Assembly: GCA_048213135.1 (NCBI GenBank)
Contig: PS015285.1
Location: 8,904 to 72,903 of the forward strand
Length of the DNA: 64,000 bases
Direction of reading: 5' to 3'
DNA from: Reclinomonas americana ATCC 50394
Taxonomy: Eukaryota
Below the pieces are notes generated by a model. It was not told the DNA's origin. It did not search any database and worked only from the letters and a program-made list of their open reading frames with translations. Every line of letters starts with the position of its first letter. The first letter of the stretch is position 1. The position numbers and the translations under genes were made by a program. Below are positions 35,942 through 49,300 of this stretch, piece after piece.

Positions 35942-37502
35942 TTAAACAACAGGGCGCTGCAGAGCCAGCGCATCGGTGAACGACAACGGAGTATTTTGCA
36001 TATGTGACATGCCGACGTAGGGCGACGACAGCGGTCCCGCAGTCTGCGAGCGTAGTCTGTCGACGGGCTTGCTGATCGGCGGTTGCTGTTGTTGCTGTTG
36101 CGCAGCCGCCGCCGCCGGCGACCACGACGAGACCACTGGCGCCTGACGCGCCTCCCAGAGCGGCTCCGTGCCCGAGAGTGGATTCAGGAAGACGACCTCC
36201 GAGGTCGCGTCGTGCAGCAGGTGGTGATGGTGATGGTGATGATGGTGGTGGTGATGGTGATGGCGCACCTCCACACCGGTGCCACCGCCCGCGGCCGCGG
36301 CAGCGGCAGCAGTCGACGAATCGTCCCACGACGAATTCGTGCTGCTGCTGCCACCCGCCGTGTGGCGCGCCGATACCGAGGCCGCTGCGGCAGCGGCAGC
36401 AGCAGTGGCGGCGGCGGTGGGATCGGTGGAAAGGCGACGACCGGCGGGCGCGCCAAGCGTGGGTGGCAGTGGCTCTGCCGAACTGACCAGCAACTCGCCC
36501 TCCGACGGCAAGTCGCTCCACGTGCGCTGAAACACCCTGACCGTGTACCGCCGTGAGCTGCGCGGCGAGAAGCCAGCGCGCGGCGTATTGTCCTCCGACT
36601 GCGCCGGCGGCACCAACGGGGGCACCACAGGCGCCCCGGCTGCGCCCTCCGTGGTCGTCGTCGTCGTCGTCGTCGTTGTCGTTGTCGTTGTTGCTTTCGC
36701 CTCGGCAATGGAGCTCATCATGGCGTGACTGAACGACATGGGCCCGGCGGTGGTGGCACGCTTGCGCATTGACGAGCTGTTCTCCTCACCGGCCGCCGCG
36801 GGGGCGGGAGTGGTGGAGGAGAGCGGATTGTGTGCCACCTTGAAAACCTCAAAGTCGAGGCCCTTCAGACCCGTCACACTGCTCTTGAACGCCGTGCCAA
36901 GCTGCAGTAATCTCAGCCGGCAGTCGGCAATACCCGTGCCCTCCAACGCCGACGTGTACACGTGCTCCATGCGCCCGACCAGACCCAAACGTGTGGCATT
37001 GCGCACAAACGTCTGGACATGCAACTCGGACACCTGATGCATCGAACGCGGAATGTCGGCCTTGGTGCACAACAGCTGAATCGGCACGCCGCGTCGGCCG
37101 TGCTCCAGAATCTGATGCAGTTTCTGGAAAGGGGCATGAAATGAGTGGGGGGACACACACACAAGCTGATGCAGNNNNNNNNNNNNNNNNNNNNGAGTCA
37201 GTCTCTCTCTCTCACACAGAGTGTCCGCATTCACGAGTGAGACCTTGAGAGCGCGCACAAGGCTCTTCTTTCCACATTGGCGGTCGCCGACAACACCGAC
37301 TTTGATGCTGTTTGAGTGAGTGTGTGAGCAAGAGAGTGTGAGTGTGAGTGTCCCAAGCACGTGCCGTTCACAACTAATGTGTGTCTGTGTTTTGTTTGTG
37401 TGTGTGTTTGACTCACCGCCACACTGATGCCTCGCGTCTTGTCTGCGATGAGGCAGTGGAGAGTGCGGATGGTGGGTCGCCTAATGAGGGACCTGCCTCC
37501 AT
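35942..37502 (-). CDS. Atypical Ras-superfamily small GTPase with long low-complexity C-terminal tail
   Basis: WR|IKVGVVGDRQCGKKSLV (G1), VPIQLLCTKAD (G4), YTSALEGTGI (G5). The G2/G3 region falls in the gap at 37175-37194. Poly-Thr/Ala/His/Gln tail. Confidence 0.7.
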
Positions 37503-38172
37503 TTGCGCTCAACAAAACAAACAAAGCAAAACTGTGCGGACAAATCAAAAACGTCGCGATTGAACGTCGCGGAAGAAGGAGGTGACAGCTTGGCTTATGT
37601 TGACCAGAGTTCCCTTTATGTTCTATCAAGGGAGGAAGAGTCGTTCGTCCAGCGAGCGGTGAAGTGTTGTTGTCGAGGGGATTTGAATTCGCGACGTCGA
37701 TCGAAGGTCAATGAAAGAGGATTCGACCCAGAAGCCCGCCTGTATGCGTACATGAGCGAGTTAGAGACGTCGATGTACAGTGGCGGTTGCAGTTTTTTTC
37801 CTCACGCGCTGCTGGCTCAGGGAATGCAAAGCTTTAATTTGTCGACGTCGACGTGGACCAAGACCTTGCTCCATGACCAGGCCTGCAGATCGCCGTGCTA
37901 TTTTGCGCACTGGATTCCCGTCACACAGCAGCGCACATTAACACCCACAAGCGCCTTTGCCGACCATGGCCATGCACGTGCACACCGAAAAAAAGCAATT
38001 GCAATTGACGTCGTCGATCTCCAAATACAGCACTTCGCAGGTCCATATCGCGCCTCCCAGCGGCTGTCCACTTGACCCGTGGCTTCCCACTTGCACCTCG
38101 TCGCCCTTTACCCTCGGACCATGCACCAAAAGAGCCACAGGACATTGTAACGCTCTGTCCTCTTTGACGAGT

Positions 38173-38785
38173 ATGGCGAGTGGAAGCGCGCCACCCCGTC
38201 CACCCGCTCTCTCCTCCTCCTCTTCCTCCTCCTCAACCGATGCCTACGCCGCACTTCTTCAGCTTCGCGACAGTGATGACGATCACCTCGGCGAGGAGGA
38301 TGACAGTGAGTTGTCACCGCGCCTGATCGCCAAGCAAATGGTGAGCAGTACACACAGAGAAGCAGTCAGTGCGATCCACACACACATACACTTACGCTCT
38401 CATATCATGCAGCTATTCACGCTGTTGACCACGCACAAGCACGTGGCGGCACTGGAGCAAGCTGAGCAAGGTGTTGTCGTTTTTCGCGCGCGCACACTGC
38501 TCTCACTCTCTGCGCTCACTTGTCGTGTGTGCGTGTGTGTGTGCGCCAGTGCTGAGATACGATCCCGATGACGAGACCATTCAACAGCTGCGCGATCTGT
38601 TGCGCATCAAGGTGGAGAACACAGAGTATGACTCCAACGGTGACGAGGTGGAGGCGGAAGACGAGGAAGGAGAAGAAGACGATGAAGAGGAGGAGGATGA
38701 CGAGGAAGATGAGGATGAGGAGGAAGGAGAAGAAGACGACAGTGCCGGCGAGGAGCCGAGCGGTGGCAGTGCAAGTGGGGTGTAG
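38173..38785 (+). CDS. Small acidic protein, possibly ERICH2-like
   Basis: Three exons: ..SPRLIAKQM|LFTLLTTHKHVAALEQAEQ|VLRYDPDDETIQQLRDLLRIK, then a poly-E/D tail. The resemblance to ERICH2 (ILIYEPEN motif) is from memory only. Confidence 0.5.
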
Positions 38786-39790
38786 AGTACGGGGAGTTGT
38801 GTTGTGTTGGGCAGTCCACGTGAAGCAGTCGCAGCGACATGTTTTTTCGTGTTGATGGCCCTCAGCAAGCAGGCGGTGGGAGAGACACCCACTCGATACT
38901 CATACGTTGTTCGACGCAAGCGGGAGACTCTGTGGACCGTCTTGGACGAGTCTTCTGCAGTGGAGTGTTAGAGAGAGGCAGACTCTCCCCCTCACGTTCT
39001 CCAGTGGCCTGTGCTTTATCACGCAGGTATCTTGGAGAGGCGCACTCGTCAGGCGATACTCGTACGGTGTTCCAAGCAAGCGACCAAGAAGCAAGGCGGA
39101 TGTATCGCTGTGGATAACAACAACAACAACAACTTTACCTAATCCAAACAGCAACACAGCTGCATGATGTTCACCATCTTGAGTGAGCTCAGGCATCACG
39201 GAGAAAAAAGTCGAGATGGCTAATGCTGGCGTTTCTGCAACCAGTTTGCTGAAGTGGAGTGTGAGAGACCTCTCTTTATCTATCTCTCTCTATCTATCTC
39301 TCTATCTCTTTCCCTCGCAGCGGACTTCCTTTTGTCTTTGCCGATATTAATCACTCAGCAGTACCTTCTTGTTTGTCAGTCATTGAATCGAACACCAAAA
39401 GAAGCAAAAGAGCTGCTTGCAACACACCACGTATACCAGTGCACCGTCCTCTTTTGTTTGGCTGGCGGGTACGTGCCGTTGCGCGTTTGTCATTACATGA
39501 CGATGGCGACTCGCGATTTCGCCTCACCCATCTCTGTGTGTATCATCCGTCGTGACAGAGTGACGCCTGCCTCGCGCCGGCAGTTTGTGCGCCTTGCACT
39601 CCGCGGCACATGGGCGCCAAAGCGTCCACCTCTCCACGAGTCAAGCCAGGCACGTGTGCGAAAAGAGAGTGCCCTCACGCTCCTCCTCTGATCTCCTCTC
39701 TCTCTCTCCACGCACACACACACAGGCCACGAGGACGAGACACCAGCGCAATGGTCGACCGCCAGTGTGCCCGACAATGGAGGAGAGGTA

Positions 39791-41166
39791 ATGGCTGTTG
39801 CGCAACGCCGTGCGCCTCTCAACAGGCCAGCATCGACGCGCAGGCCATTGCACCAAAATCGCATGCATCATCACAATCACAATCATCACAATCTCAATCA
39901 TCACTTGCATGGTGCGCTGGATGCGGGTCACTCTCCACTCTATCAGCAGCAGTCTGCCACGCTCGCGCGCTCTTCGTCTCCGCCGTCAATGGCGGCCGCC
40001 ACCACTGTCATGAGTGCCGCTGCGCCGCGCATGTCGTCGGTCATGGTCGCCAATGGTGCCGCGGCGGCCGCCGAGGTCGTGTTGCCGTATCGACGACGTC
40101 TGCAGCGGCAGCACACCATCACGTCGTTGCGGACGCTGGAGGTCCACTCGGAACAGCAGCTACAGCAGCAGCAGCAGCAGCAACAGCTGGAGCAGCAGGA
40201 GCCGGTGGCTCAGCAACTGCATGTGGCGTCGCTGCCGACCATGCCGTCGCCGACTCGACGACATTCACGGACACCGCCTCGTCGTGGCCGGCACTCGCCG
40301 TCGCCGCCGTTGCCGCCGCAGTCGCCAACTGGCTCCGGACGGCCGAACCGCAACCAGCGTCGGCCTGCGCACGGACCTGACAGTCTCACACTTATTCAGC
40401 GGCGGCACTCGTCACGCTCCTCGCTATCGTCGACTTCGTCGCGCTCCACTGCCGTTGTGCACGGAAACGCGCCGCCGGCGGCGTTGCATGCAGGCGTGAC
40501 CGACATTGTCAATTCGGCGTATCGCAGCTCCGTGTTGCCCATGTCGCCGAGCGTGCTGTCGCCCTCCAGCTTTCAGGTGGATATGACGCCGGCGGTGTCG
40601 CGCTTCCCCTCTGCGGCCACCACTGGCGACTGTGCAGATGTTCGCACGGCCAACAAGATGGACACCACTGGCGACGCGTTGTTCGACGAAGTGTACGAGC
40701 ACACGATTGACGACGCCGACGACGTTGGCTATGTGACCAAGTCGGCCAGCACGCCAACGCCGCCTACCGGCCGTGCAACTTCTTCTTCTTCGGGACATGG
40801 TCAGCACGCGGCGCCGGTGCCGCTGTCGCCGCAGATGTCTCACCCTGCGTTTTCGCACTACGATTACGCCACGGGCACCATGTCGATGGCACCGACCGCC
40901 CCACCCCTCGTGGCCTCACCGTCACATCACACAGTGGTGATGTCGCAGTCGTCGCCTCGCTCAATGTCGCCACCACCACCACTACAGCAGCAGCAGCAAC
41001 AACAACAGTATGCCATGGATCCGGCCATGGCGTTTTTCATGATGCAACAACAGCAGCAGCAGCAACAGCAACAACAGTTTGGCGGCCTGGCGTATGCGTC
41101 GCCGCATTCGCCCTCGCTGGCTGCCGCTTCCTTTTCAGCGTCGTTGTCAGCACAGCTGACGCAACT
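39791..41166 (+). CDS. Gln/His/Ser/Pro-rich low-complexity protein (truncated by gap)
   Basis: Uninterrupted ORF of more than 450 codons with GC-ending codon bias like neighbouring genes; poly-Q tracts; no recognisable domain. Confidence 0.6.
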
Positions 41167-41395
41167 NNNNNNNNNNNNNNNNNNNNNNNNNNNNNNNNNN
41201 NNNNNNNNNNNNNNNNNNNNNNNNNNNNNNNNNNNNNNNNNNNNNNNNNNNNNNNNNNNNNNNNNNNNNNNNNNNNNNNNNNNNNNNNNNNNNNNNNNNN
41301 NNNNNNNNNNNNNNNNNNNNNNNNNNNNNNNNNNNNNNNNNNNNNNNNNNNNNNNNNNNNNNNNNNNNNNNNNNNNNNNNNNNNNNNNNNNNNNN

Positions 41396-41942
41396 GAGAG
41401 CAACAGCACAATGGCAGCAGAGAGAAAACGCAACAACGAGCGGAACAAAGCATGTCAGGCTGAGTTCGGGCAGACCGAATATTGGTTAACAGAGATGGCA
41501 TTGCGGCGCTCCCACATATGTCACACTTACATGTCAGTGTCGCCGTGCTGATCATAGAAAACGACAAGTGGTGGGTGAGACAGTGCTGGTGATGCAGCAG
41601 ACGAGACGCTTTGCATCACCTTGCCATCCAAACTGGCCGCATTCCGGCCCTAACATGTGTTTCAAATTGCGTCAGTGCATCAGTACGGAAACACGAGCAG
41701 AGTCGACATGCTGCTCACCTGCTGAATGCATGGGCACCAGCAAGTCATGCAGCAGACCTGTGCGTCCAAAACCATGAGTCGCAACCCAAAAAAACTGTGC
41801 ACGCTGCACAGTGGCGAACAAACAACGCACGCCCATGTCGTCAAAGCAGCCGCACAGTCCTGTATGCGCGAGTGAGATGGCAAGCACAGCAATTGCAAAG
41901 GAGTAGTCACGCACCCTCCTCGAAATCCTGCGTGTTGGCCAT
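41396..41942 (-). CDS. PLAC8/cornifelin-family Cys-rich protein (3' end in gap)
   Basis: Five tiny exons splice to MANTQDFEEG|LCGCFDDMG|VCCMTCWCPCIQQ|GRNAASLDGK|HGDTD.., matching the PLAC8 motif GLCxCFDD..CCxTCWCPC. Confidence 0.85.
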
Positions 41943-42158
41943 GGTGGTCTCCTCTCTCTGTTGTTGTGTTAAGAATGAAATAATACAAAGATGGAAATTC
42001 CCGGACTTACATGTCGCCCCTCTCTGTGTGACTGATCCAGCACCACCACTCAGATGTTCTCCTCTCTGCTGTCTCGCTGCGAAGGAAGTAAACGATGATG
42101 GAATTCCCGCTTACACATGTTGCAGCTCTGTACACTCGATTCCCACCACCGCCGCCAC

Positions 42159-45100
42159 TCAAAAGTACAATGGCTGACACCGCGACACAAAGATCTCAGT
42201 GGGGCAAATCGGGCATCTGAATCTGCGGGGCAATCACGTGTCAATTCAAACTCGATAATCCTCTGCCGCTCGTGGTGTGCGGGAGCTCACCTGGCCGTGC
42301 CACGCGCAATCTTCTCCATGGTGACCTTGCAGAGCACGTGTCCGCACGGTAGCAGCATCGGTGGGTTCTCGATCGTGCTCTGCTCCTTGGAGATGGGGCA
42401 GGCGAAGATCGAGTGGAACTGGAAGTCGCGGGAGCCAAAGTCGATTTCGAGCTGAGGAGGGGAAAGGGGAAGGGGGAAGGGGGAAGGGGGAAGGGGGAAG
42501 GGGGAGGGGGAAGGAGGTGAGAAGGAGGGAGAGGAGAGGAGAAGAAAAGAATTGAACAAAACAAGCAGAAGAATGAAGACTAGAGAGGGGAGCGTGAGAG
42601 AGATGCAGCAGAAGAAGCTGAAACGGGAGGGGGATGAGAAGACTGCTCGTTGAAACTGATAACAAGCAGCTCCGGCAAACAGACTAAGTGAGAGAATGAG
42701 GGAGAGAGAGATAGAAAGTACATGGGAGGAGGATGAGCATACAGGACGGACAAAAACAGCGGGAGAAGCTGAAAATGCGAACAAGCGGCTCGAAAGAAAA
42801 AGGAGGGAGGAGGATGAGCAGACAGGACGGATATAAACAGCGGGAGAAGCTGACACTGTGAACAAGCGGCTCGAAAGAAAAAGGAGGGAGGAGGATGAGC
42901 AGACAGGACGGATATAAACAGCGGGAGAAGCTGACACTGTGAACAAGCGGCTCTGGCGAGAGAATGAGGGAGGGAAAGAAAATGGGAGAGGAGGATAAGT
43001 AGACGGTTGCAGACGGATATATGCAGCAGGAGAAGCTGACACTGCGAACAAGCGGCTCTGGTGAGACAATCAGGAAGAGAATGAAAAACAGGGGACGACA
43101 AGAATAAGCACGGGCAGACGGATACAAACAGCGGGAGAAGCTGCAACTGTGAGCAAGCGGCTCTGACAACAGAATGAGGGAGAGACGGAAAAAAGAAGGA
43201 TAAGCAGACGTTTGCAGACGGACATAAACAGCGGGAGAAGCTGAAACTGTCACCAACCGGTCTCGACGACAGAAAGGAGCGAATAAATGAAAGCAACTCC
43301 TGTGCCCCAAAACCAAGCGAACACAAGGCTCCTCGCAAGTACACGACCAAGACAAAGCACGAACAACGTCAATTCCCTCCCTCCCCCTCCCCCTCCCCCT
43401 CCCCCTCCCCTCCCTCTCCCTCTCCCTCTCCCTCTCTCCCCTTCCCTTACCCCTTCCCTTACCCCGCACTCACCGGCAGCTGATCGCTGTTCTGCCATTC
43501 GCTTGTCTTGCCCTCCATGAGAGTGGCGAGCTTGAGCAGCTGCGGCAGGGCAATCGCACCGGCGTTGATGCTGCGCAAAGAAAATGTCAACTCCATGACC
43601 CCACACACAGCAGCAGCAGCCACCCTTCCTCCCCCCCGCGCAACGCTACAAAGATGGAGCTCTCGCTCGGCAGGCCCATCAGCGCGCAGCATTCACGAGC
43701 AAACATCGTGGCAATATCTCGCCACTGCGACATTTGCAGCAGATCGGCGTACCGGCTGGTCTCCAGCGAACCAGCGTACATCAGGGCGCCCATCAGGCGC
43801 GGTATCTCGTGCATGTGTTGCGGGCCGGCGAATAGCGGCAACTGGCGCGAGTACTCCAGCGCCTCGGCCACCCGGTTCGCCGCCACCAGCTGCACGTACT
43901 GCAGACGGTGGAGGGCAAACGGGAGCGACGAGCCGGCCTCGCGCAGTGCGCTCTCGTGCACGCGCGACCACTCGATAGCGGAAGAGAGAACGCCGGATCG
44001 AACGTCTTGCAGCACGCGATACATGTCGAGGAATTGCGCCTTGATGGATTCGTCCACGGCAACCGAGGCCTCCTGTGGGTGTGCGCGCGGAGGAGCAGAA
44101 GGTGTAAGAGAAGGCATGCAGAATCTTACTGGATCTCTGAGGAGTCCCGATTCACTCACGCTTCCGTGCAACAACATCGACAGCGCTGTCACATTCTCGC
44201 CACTCTCTCCGATTAACACAGCAGCTGTTCTTCGCCGGCTCACTTCCGCACACTCACGTTCTTCTGCGTGCTGTGTCTCTGCGGAAGGTGCTTAAAGAAG
44301 GACGAGGAAGAACACGAGGATGGTTCAAGAATTGACAGAGAAGCGGATGAGGACCCACACATCGTGTCGGAGGATCTCACTAACGGACGTGCTCTCTCCA
44401 CCAGTACCCTGAGTCCCGAGTTTTCCATTTCACCTTGGCTCTCACACCCACCATCTGTCTCAGTTGCAACAATTACATTCTAACTCCACCTTCACAGCGT
44501 TGACTCTCTTCATCAACCCTTCTCCCCTCATCCTTCATCGCATTCTCCGCAATCTCCCTTCCCCTCCCATCATAGCTGTGACTCTCTTCTTCGACCCTTC
44601 TCCTCTCACCCTTCATCGTCCATCTCCCCAATCTCCCTTCCCCACTCTTCTTCATCCCTTCTTCCTTCACCCTTCATCGCCATTCTCTCCCATTCTCCGT
44701 CCCCTCCCTTCACAGCTTTGACTCTCTTCTTCATCCCTTCTCCCCTCATCCTTCATCGCCTTTCTCCACCATCTCTCTTCCCCTCTCTTCACACCTTTAA
44801 CTCTCTTCTTCGGCCCTTCTCCTCTCATCCTTCATCGTCCTTCCCCCCACTCTCCAACTCTCTATTCCCTCCCTTCACACGCTCTCCTTCATCCCTTCTC
44901 CCCTTCTCCTCCTTCCCCTCATTCTCCCTTTCCCTCATTCTCTCACCTGACACACAGTCTCGCCCACCGCAAAGTGCCCCTCGCGATACAAGTGCTCCGC
45001 CACCGCCTGATCCACCAGCGCCTTGTCAAACGCCCACGGTCGGTGCGCCATGGACAAGTCCATGGCGAACGACTTGTCCAGCGTCTTTCCCATGCGACCG

Positions 45101-45976
45101 AGCGTCGAGTAAAAGTCCTTGTGCGCCGACTGCACCTCACTGCCAGCTCGCACAAGCTCATTCGCAAAGTCACCAAACATGGCCTTCGGCTTCTTCTCGC
45201 AGGCACCTTCAAAGAAGGATGGTGTTGATCAGGAAAATGCTCAATCAGTCGCAAAATGAACAGAGAGAGAAGGGGGGAGAGAGGGAGGGAGGAGAGAGGG
45301 GGGAGAAGGAGGGAGGGGGGAGGGAGGGAGAGAAAGAGTGTGGAGAGCGAGAACAGGGAGAAGAACAAGAGAGACTTGACTGAGAGTATCTTCTCTATCA
45401 TTCTCCGCACTCTCACACAGAGAGAAAAAGGGAGGGGGGGGGAAGAGAGGGAGAGAGAGAGGAGAGAGAGAGGAGGGAGAGCGAGTGTGTGAGGTGGGGG
45501 GAGAGAAGGAAGGACAAGAGAGGCTTTCCACTCAAAGTATCTTCTCTCTCACTCTCCTCACTCTCTCACACACTCGCTCTCTGTCTCTCTCTTTCTTTAT
45601 ATATGTGTGTGTGGAGAGAGAGAGAGAGAACATGGAGAAGGGAATCAACTTAGGTCCTTTCTCTCTCTCTCTCATTCTCTCTCTCTGCTCACACTCCCTC
45701 ACTTCTCTCATTCCGCGCCCTTTCTCTCTCACTCACTCTCTCTCCCATTCTCCTCCCTCTTTCATCGCCTTTTCCCCCCGCTTTCATCGCCTTTTGTGTG
45801 TGTGTGTGTGTACCTGTGGCGAACTGCGCGTGCATCTCTCGCGCGCGTGTGAGCAACTGCTCGACAACTGCGCGATCGCGAGTGAGCGATGCCTCTTGTG
45901 CGCTCTTTACGCGCTCAGCGTCGGCGCTGATGGCGGTGAGAAGGGCCGCAGAGGAAGACGAGCTGGCCTCACTCAT
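42159..45976 (-). CDS. RMND5: GID/CTLH E3 ligase RING subunit RMND5/Gid2
   Basis: LisH AVAEHLYREGHFAVG; CTLH SAIEW..SSLPFALHRLQY; CRA FARECCALMGLPSESS..AGAIALPQLLK; RING FHSIFACPISKEQSTIENPPMLLPCGHVLC..FRCPICP..LYF*. Confidence 0.93.
42720..43260. repeat. Minisatellite (about 80 bp unit) in a RMND5 intron
   Basis: About 6 copies of GACGGA(T/C)ATAAACAGCGGGAGAAGCTGACACTGTGAACAAGCGGCTC with variants; two copies are near-identical. Confidence 0.85.
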
Positions 45977-46376
45977 GCTCTCTTGAATGCGACAAAGAGT
46001 GATTGAGGGACAAGTGAGAGAGGACGAACACTTCATTCACCACGTTGCAATATCTTGGCACTCCACCAACATACAAAACACACACAAGTCCTCCTCTCCA
46101 ACAGTCATCTTCCCTTTCAGGAGGCAGCACAGAAAGCTGAGAAGCTGTACGACGTCGAGGACAACTGATCATGAAATAATTATAAATCGCCCTTTGATCG
46201 CTCTCTGCAAGCGCGAGCTCCACGAAACACTCACGAAACCAGCCATCGTGACCTTAGACAAGCATTCTTCGTAAGAAAGCCCACTTTCACTTTTTTCGAT
46301 ATCAGAACAAACTTTCTTTCCTAAATAAGCAATGCTCTCATCTCGCGAGCACACCATTTCGACTTCCCTTTGACTC

Positions 46377-49300
46377 ATGGGCGCCACCATCAGCACCAGT
46401 GGTCGCCTCTCATCAGCAGCCTCCTCCTCACCCGCGGAACAGGTGCACAAAGACACACAAACTCTTCTTATCAGTCACAAAACATGCATTTCCGACACTC
46501 ACTGCTCTCTCTCTCTCACACACACAATCAGTTGCAGACGGTTGATCTCTACTCTCACACTCACTCACTCACACACGCACATACACACACACTCACTCTC
46601 ACACACAGAGAGACTCACATGACAACGATTGGCGGGAAACACTGCACACTCTCTTCACTCTCTCTCCTTTCTCACCCTTCACTCTTCTCTCTCTCTCCCA
46701 CACTCACACACTCTCTCCCTCTCTCTCTCTCTCTCTCTCACTCTCAGTGTTCGATTTCTCACCATCTTTCATTGTCTTGCTCTTGTCAGATCCGACTCAG
46801 TCGCGGCACTCTCCTCTTCCTCTCGACTCTGATCGACAGTTCCGCGTCCATTCGCGAGTGGCTGCCTCAACTCCGTCGCGATGTCGAGTCTCTGCTATCT
46901 CCGCCTGCCTCCTCTTCCTCCTCACAGTTGGTCTCATTGCGCCCGGGAGCACCGAGCAGTGTGGCAGTGGAGGACGATACCAGGCAAGGCCGTGTTTCCT
47001 CATACCTCTCATATTATCATAGTGATAGCTTATAGGCGACATGTGCAGCATATCGTTTGCGGTGCCGGATTACCTGCTGTGCGCGGTGCAGATGCTGGAG
47101 CGCGAGGTGGCCTCACTGGAGCTGCTGTCGCCACTGAACGATCAGCGATTGCCGTCCATGGCGCATCGTATGGAGGCCTCGGAGTTGCTGCGCACAATGA
47201 CCATGGTGAAACGGTCGCGGCATTATGTGATGCAGACCATGACGAGAACGTTGCGACAGCCGACCATGTTTCGCGTGGTCAAGATCCGCACCAATCGCAC
47301 CGTCGACGACAAGTGGTTGCATTTGCAGCCGACGTGCTTTCATACGGTGGATGTGGATGGGCAGTCGCATCGAAAGACCTACCTGTATGAGCATGTCAGT
47401 GATATACAGGAGTCGGCAGAGGATCCGCTGCGGTTCTCGCTCACCACGTTGATTGCGTTGCGTTTTTCTTCTCTTCTTTTGTTCAAGTTTGTTTTGTATA
47501 CTCTCTCTCTCTCTCTCGTGTCTGTATGTATGTTGGCTGTCGCTTTCTTTGGGCTTGTTCTCCCTCCCCAGCACGTTGTGCCGCTCCCTTCTCCACCAAA
47601 CATCCTCCGTTTTCGTTCTCACCTTGCTGTTCTCTCACCTCCACGTCCACCACCACTACCTTCTCCTCCTCCTCCTCCTCCTTGGGCATCTTCTTTTTTC
47701 CTCCTCCTCCTCCACCTGATCCTTCCTCCTGATCTTTCTCTTCTCCCCCTTTCTGTCATCTCTTGCTCTCTTTCCCATCTCGTGCTCCCCCTTCTCGTCC
47801 TCCTCTTCTTCTTCCTCTCCTTCTCTCTTTTTGTTCTGGTGCTTTCTCTCCATTAGCCCCATCCATCTTCCTCTCGTGCTCCCATTTTTACCTCTCCTCC
47901 TCGCCCTTCTCCTTCCTCTTGCTCCAATCCCCTCCCGGTCTCCGTTCTCCCCTTTCCTCCTTCTCCTCCTCCTCCTTGGGCATCTCCTTGTTCCTCTGCC
48001 TTCCTCCTCCACCTGCTCCTTCCCTCTCCTCCTCCTTCTCCCCCTTTCTGTCATCTCTTGCTGTCTAACCCATCTCCTGCTCCCCCTTCTCGTCCTTTCT
48101 TCTTCTTCTTCTCCTTCTCCCTTTTTGTTCTGATTCTTTCTCTCGATTAGTCCCTTCCATCTTTCTCTCCTCCTCGCCCTTCTCCTTCCTCCCTCCCTGT
48201 TCTCCCGTCTCCCCCTCCCCGCCTTCTCCTCCTTTTCTTCTTCTTCTTCCTCTCCTGCTCACCCTTCTCCCTCTTCTCCCCAGTCGCAAAACCGACACCA
48301 TCACACTGCAAGCATCGTCGAGTGACGTGCGTGGCCGCATCCTCCAATCGATTCGGAGCGCCTGCGCACAGTGCAGTGCGTTTGATGGGGATCCGCGGCA
48401 CCAGGTCTCACAGTTGACCAGCGAGATGGATGTTGCGTCGGGGAGGGGGAAGAGGGCCGACGCTCTCCTCGTGTGCCTGACACACCGCGCAGCAAGCACC
48501 CAGTGAAGCGTTGCTGCTGAAGCGCGCCAACTTGCTGCTGGACGCGCAGCAGTACTGGAATGCCAGGTTCTCTCCCCGTTAATTATCGTCATCCACTGTC
48601 TCTCATACTCACTTCATCGCCGCCGCAGTCTCGACTTGATCACGCTGGCTCGATCACATCCGGAGAAAACACCAAGCGCACTGATTGAGCGCCGAGCGGT
48701 GGCGTTTGCAGCACTGGCGCGTCACCTCGTCGTCTTTGCCAGACGACTCGGATACAGCGGTACGCTGCAGGTGCTCACTCCCTCCGATGCGGAAGACGGA
48801 CCAGCTGGTAAGTGTGTGCCTCGTCATTCATGCTGGATTGTTGCGTGTCGTTCTTATGTGCGCTCCTGGTGCAGGTTGGAGTGCCAATGCACTGGGTTAG
48901 CGAACCGTTTTGCTTCACATTGTTGTTGTTTTGCTCAGTCACATGTTCCGCGGCCAGGTGCATTCCATCGGCACGGGTCGGCAGCTCGTTCCGATGCCTC
49001 CTGTTGCGTCCCACTTTGAGGATCGCTTCATGCGCTCTGCGCTCACTCGCTCGCTCACAACGTCGTGTGTTACACGCAGCTTCGCCCAGGCGTGGTGGAC
49101 ACGAGAGCAGTGGGCGGTCCCTCGTGTCGGAGGTGTGATTCGTGCGTGCCTTGATGTGTCACACAGCTCTGATTCATCCTTTCCCGGCAGAGTGATGTCG
49201 ACTCCGTCGCTGACGCGGGTGGCGATGCTCGTCGGGAGCCTGCCTCCGAGGTCTGCACCACCACTACTTCGCACGTCTCATCCCTCTTTATTCATGTTTC

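Noticed and set aside
37715-37735. GGGTCGAATCC (minus strand), resembling a tRNA T-loop/B-box
   Set aside because: No cloverleaf stems or A-box could be built around it.
38790-39400. Possible ncRNA or small gene downstream of the acidic protein
   Set aside because: Only short hairpins; no recognisable RNA motif or convincing spliced ORF.
42720-43260. CRISPR-like repeat array
   Set aside because: Eukaryotic intron; repeats are degenerate and the spacers are related to each other, so it is a minisatellite. No cas genes.
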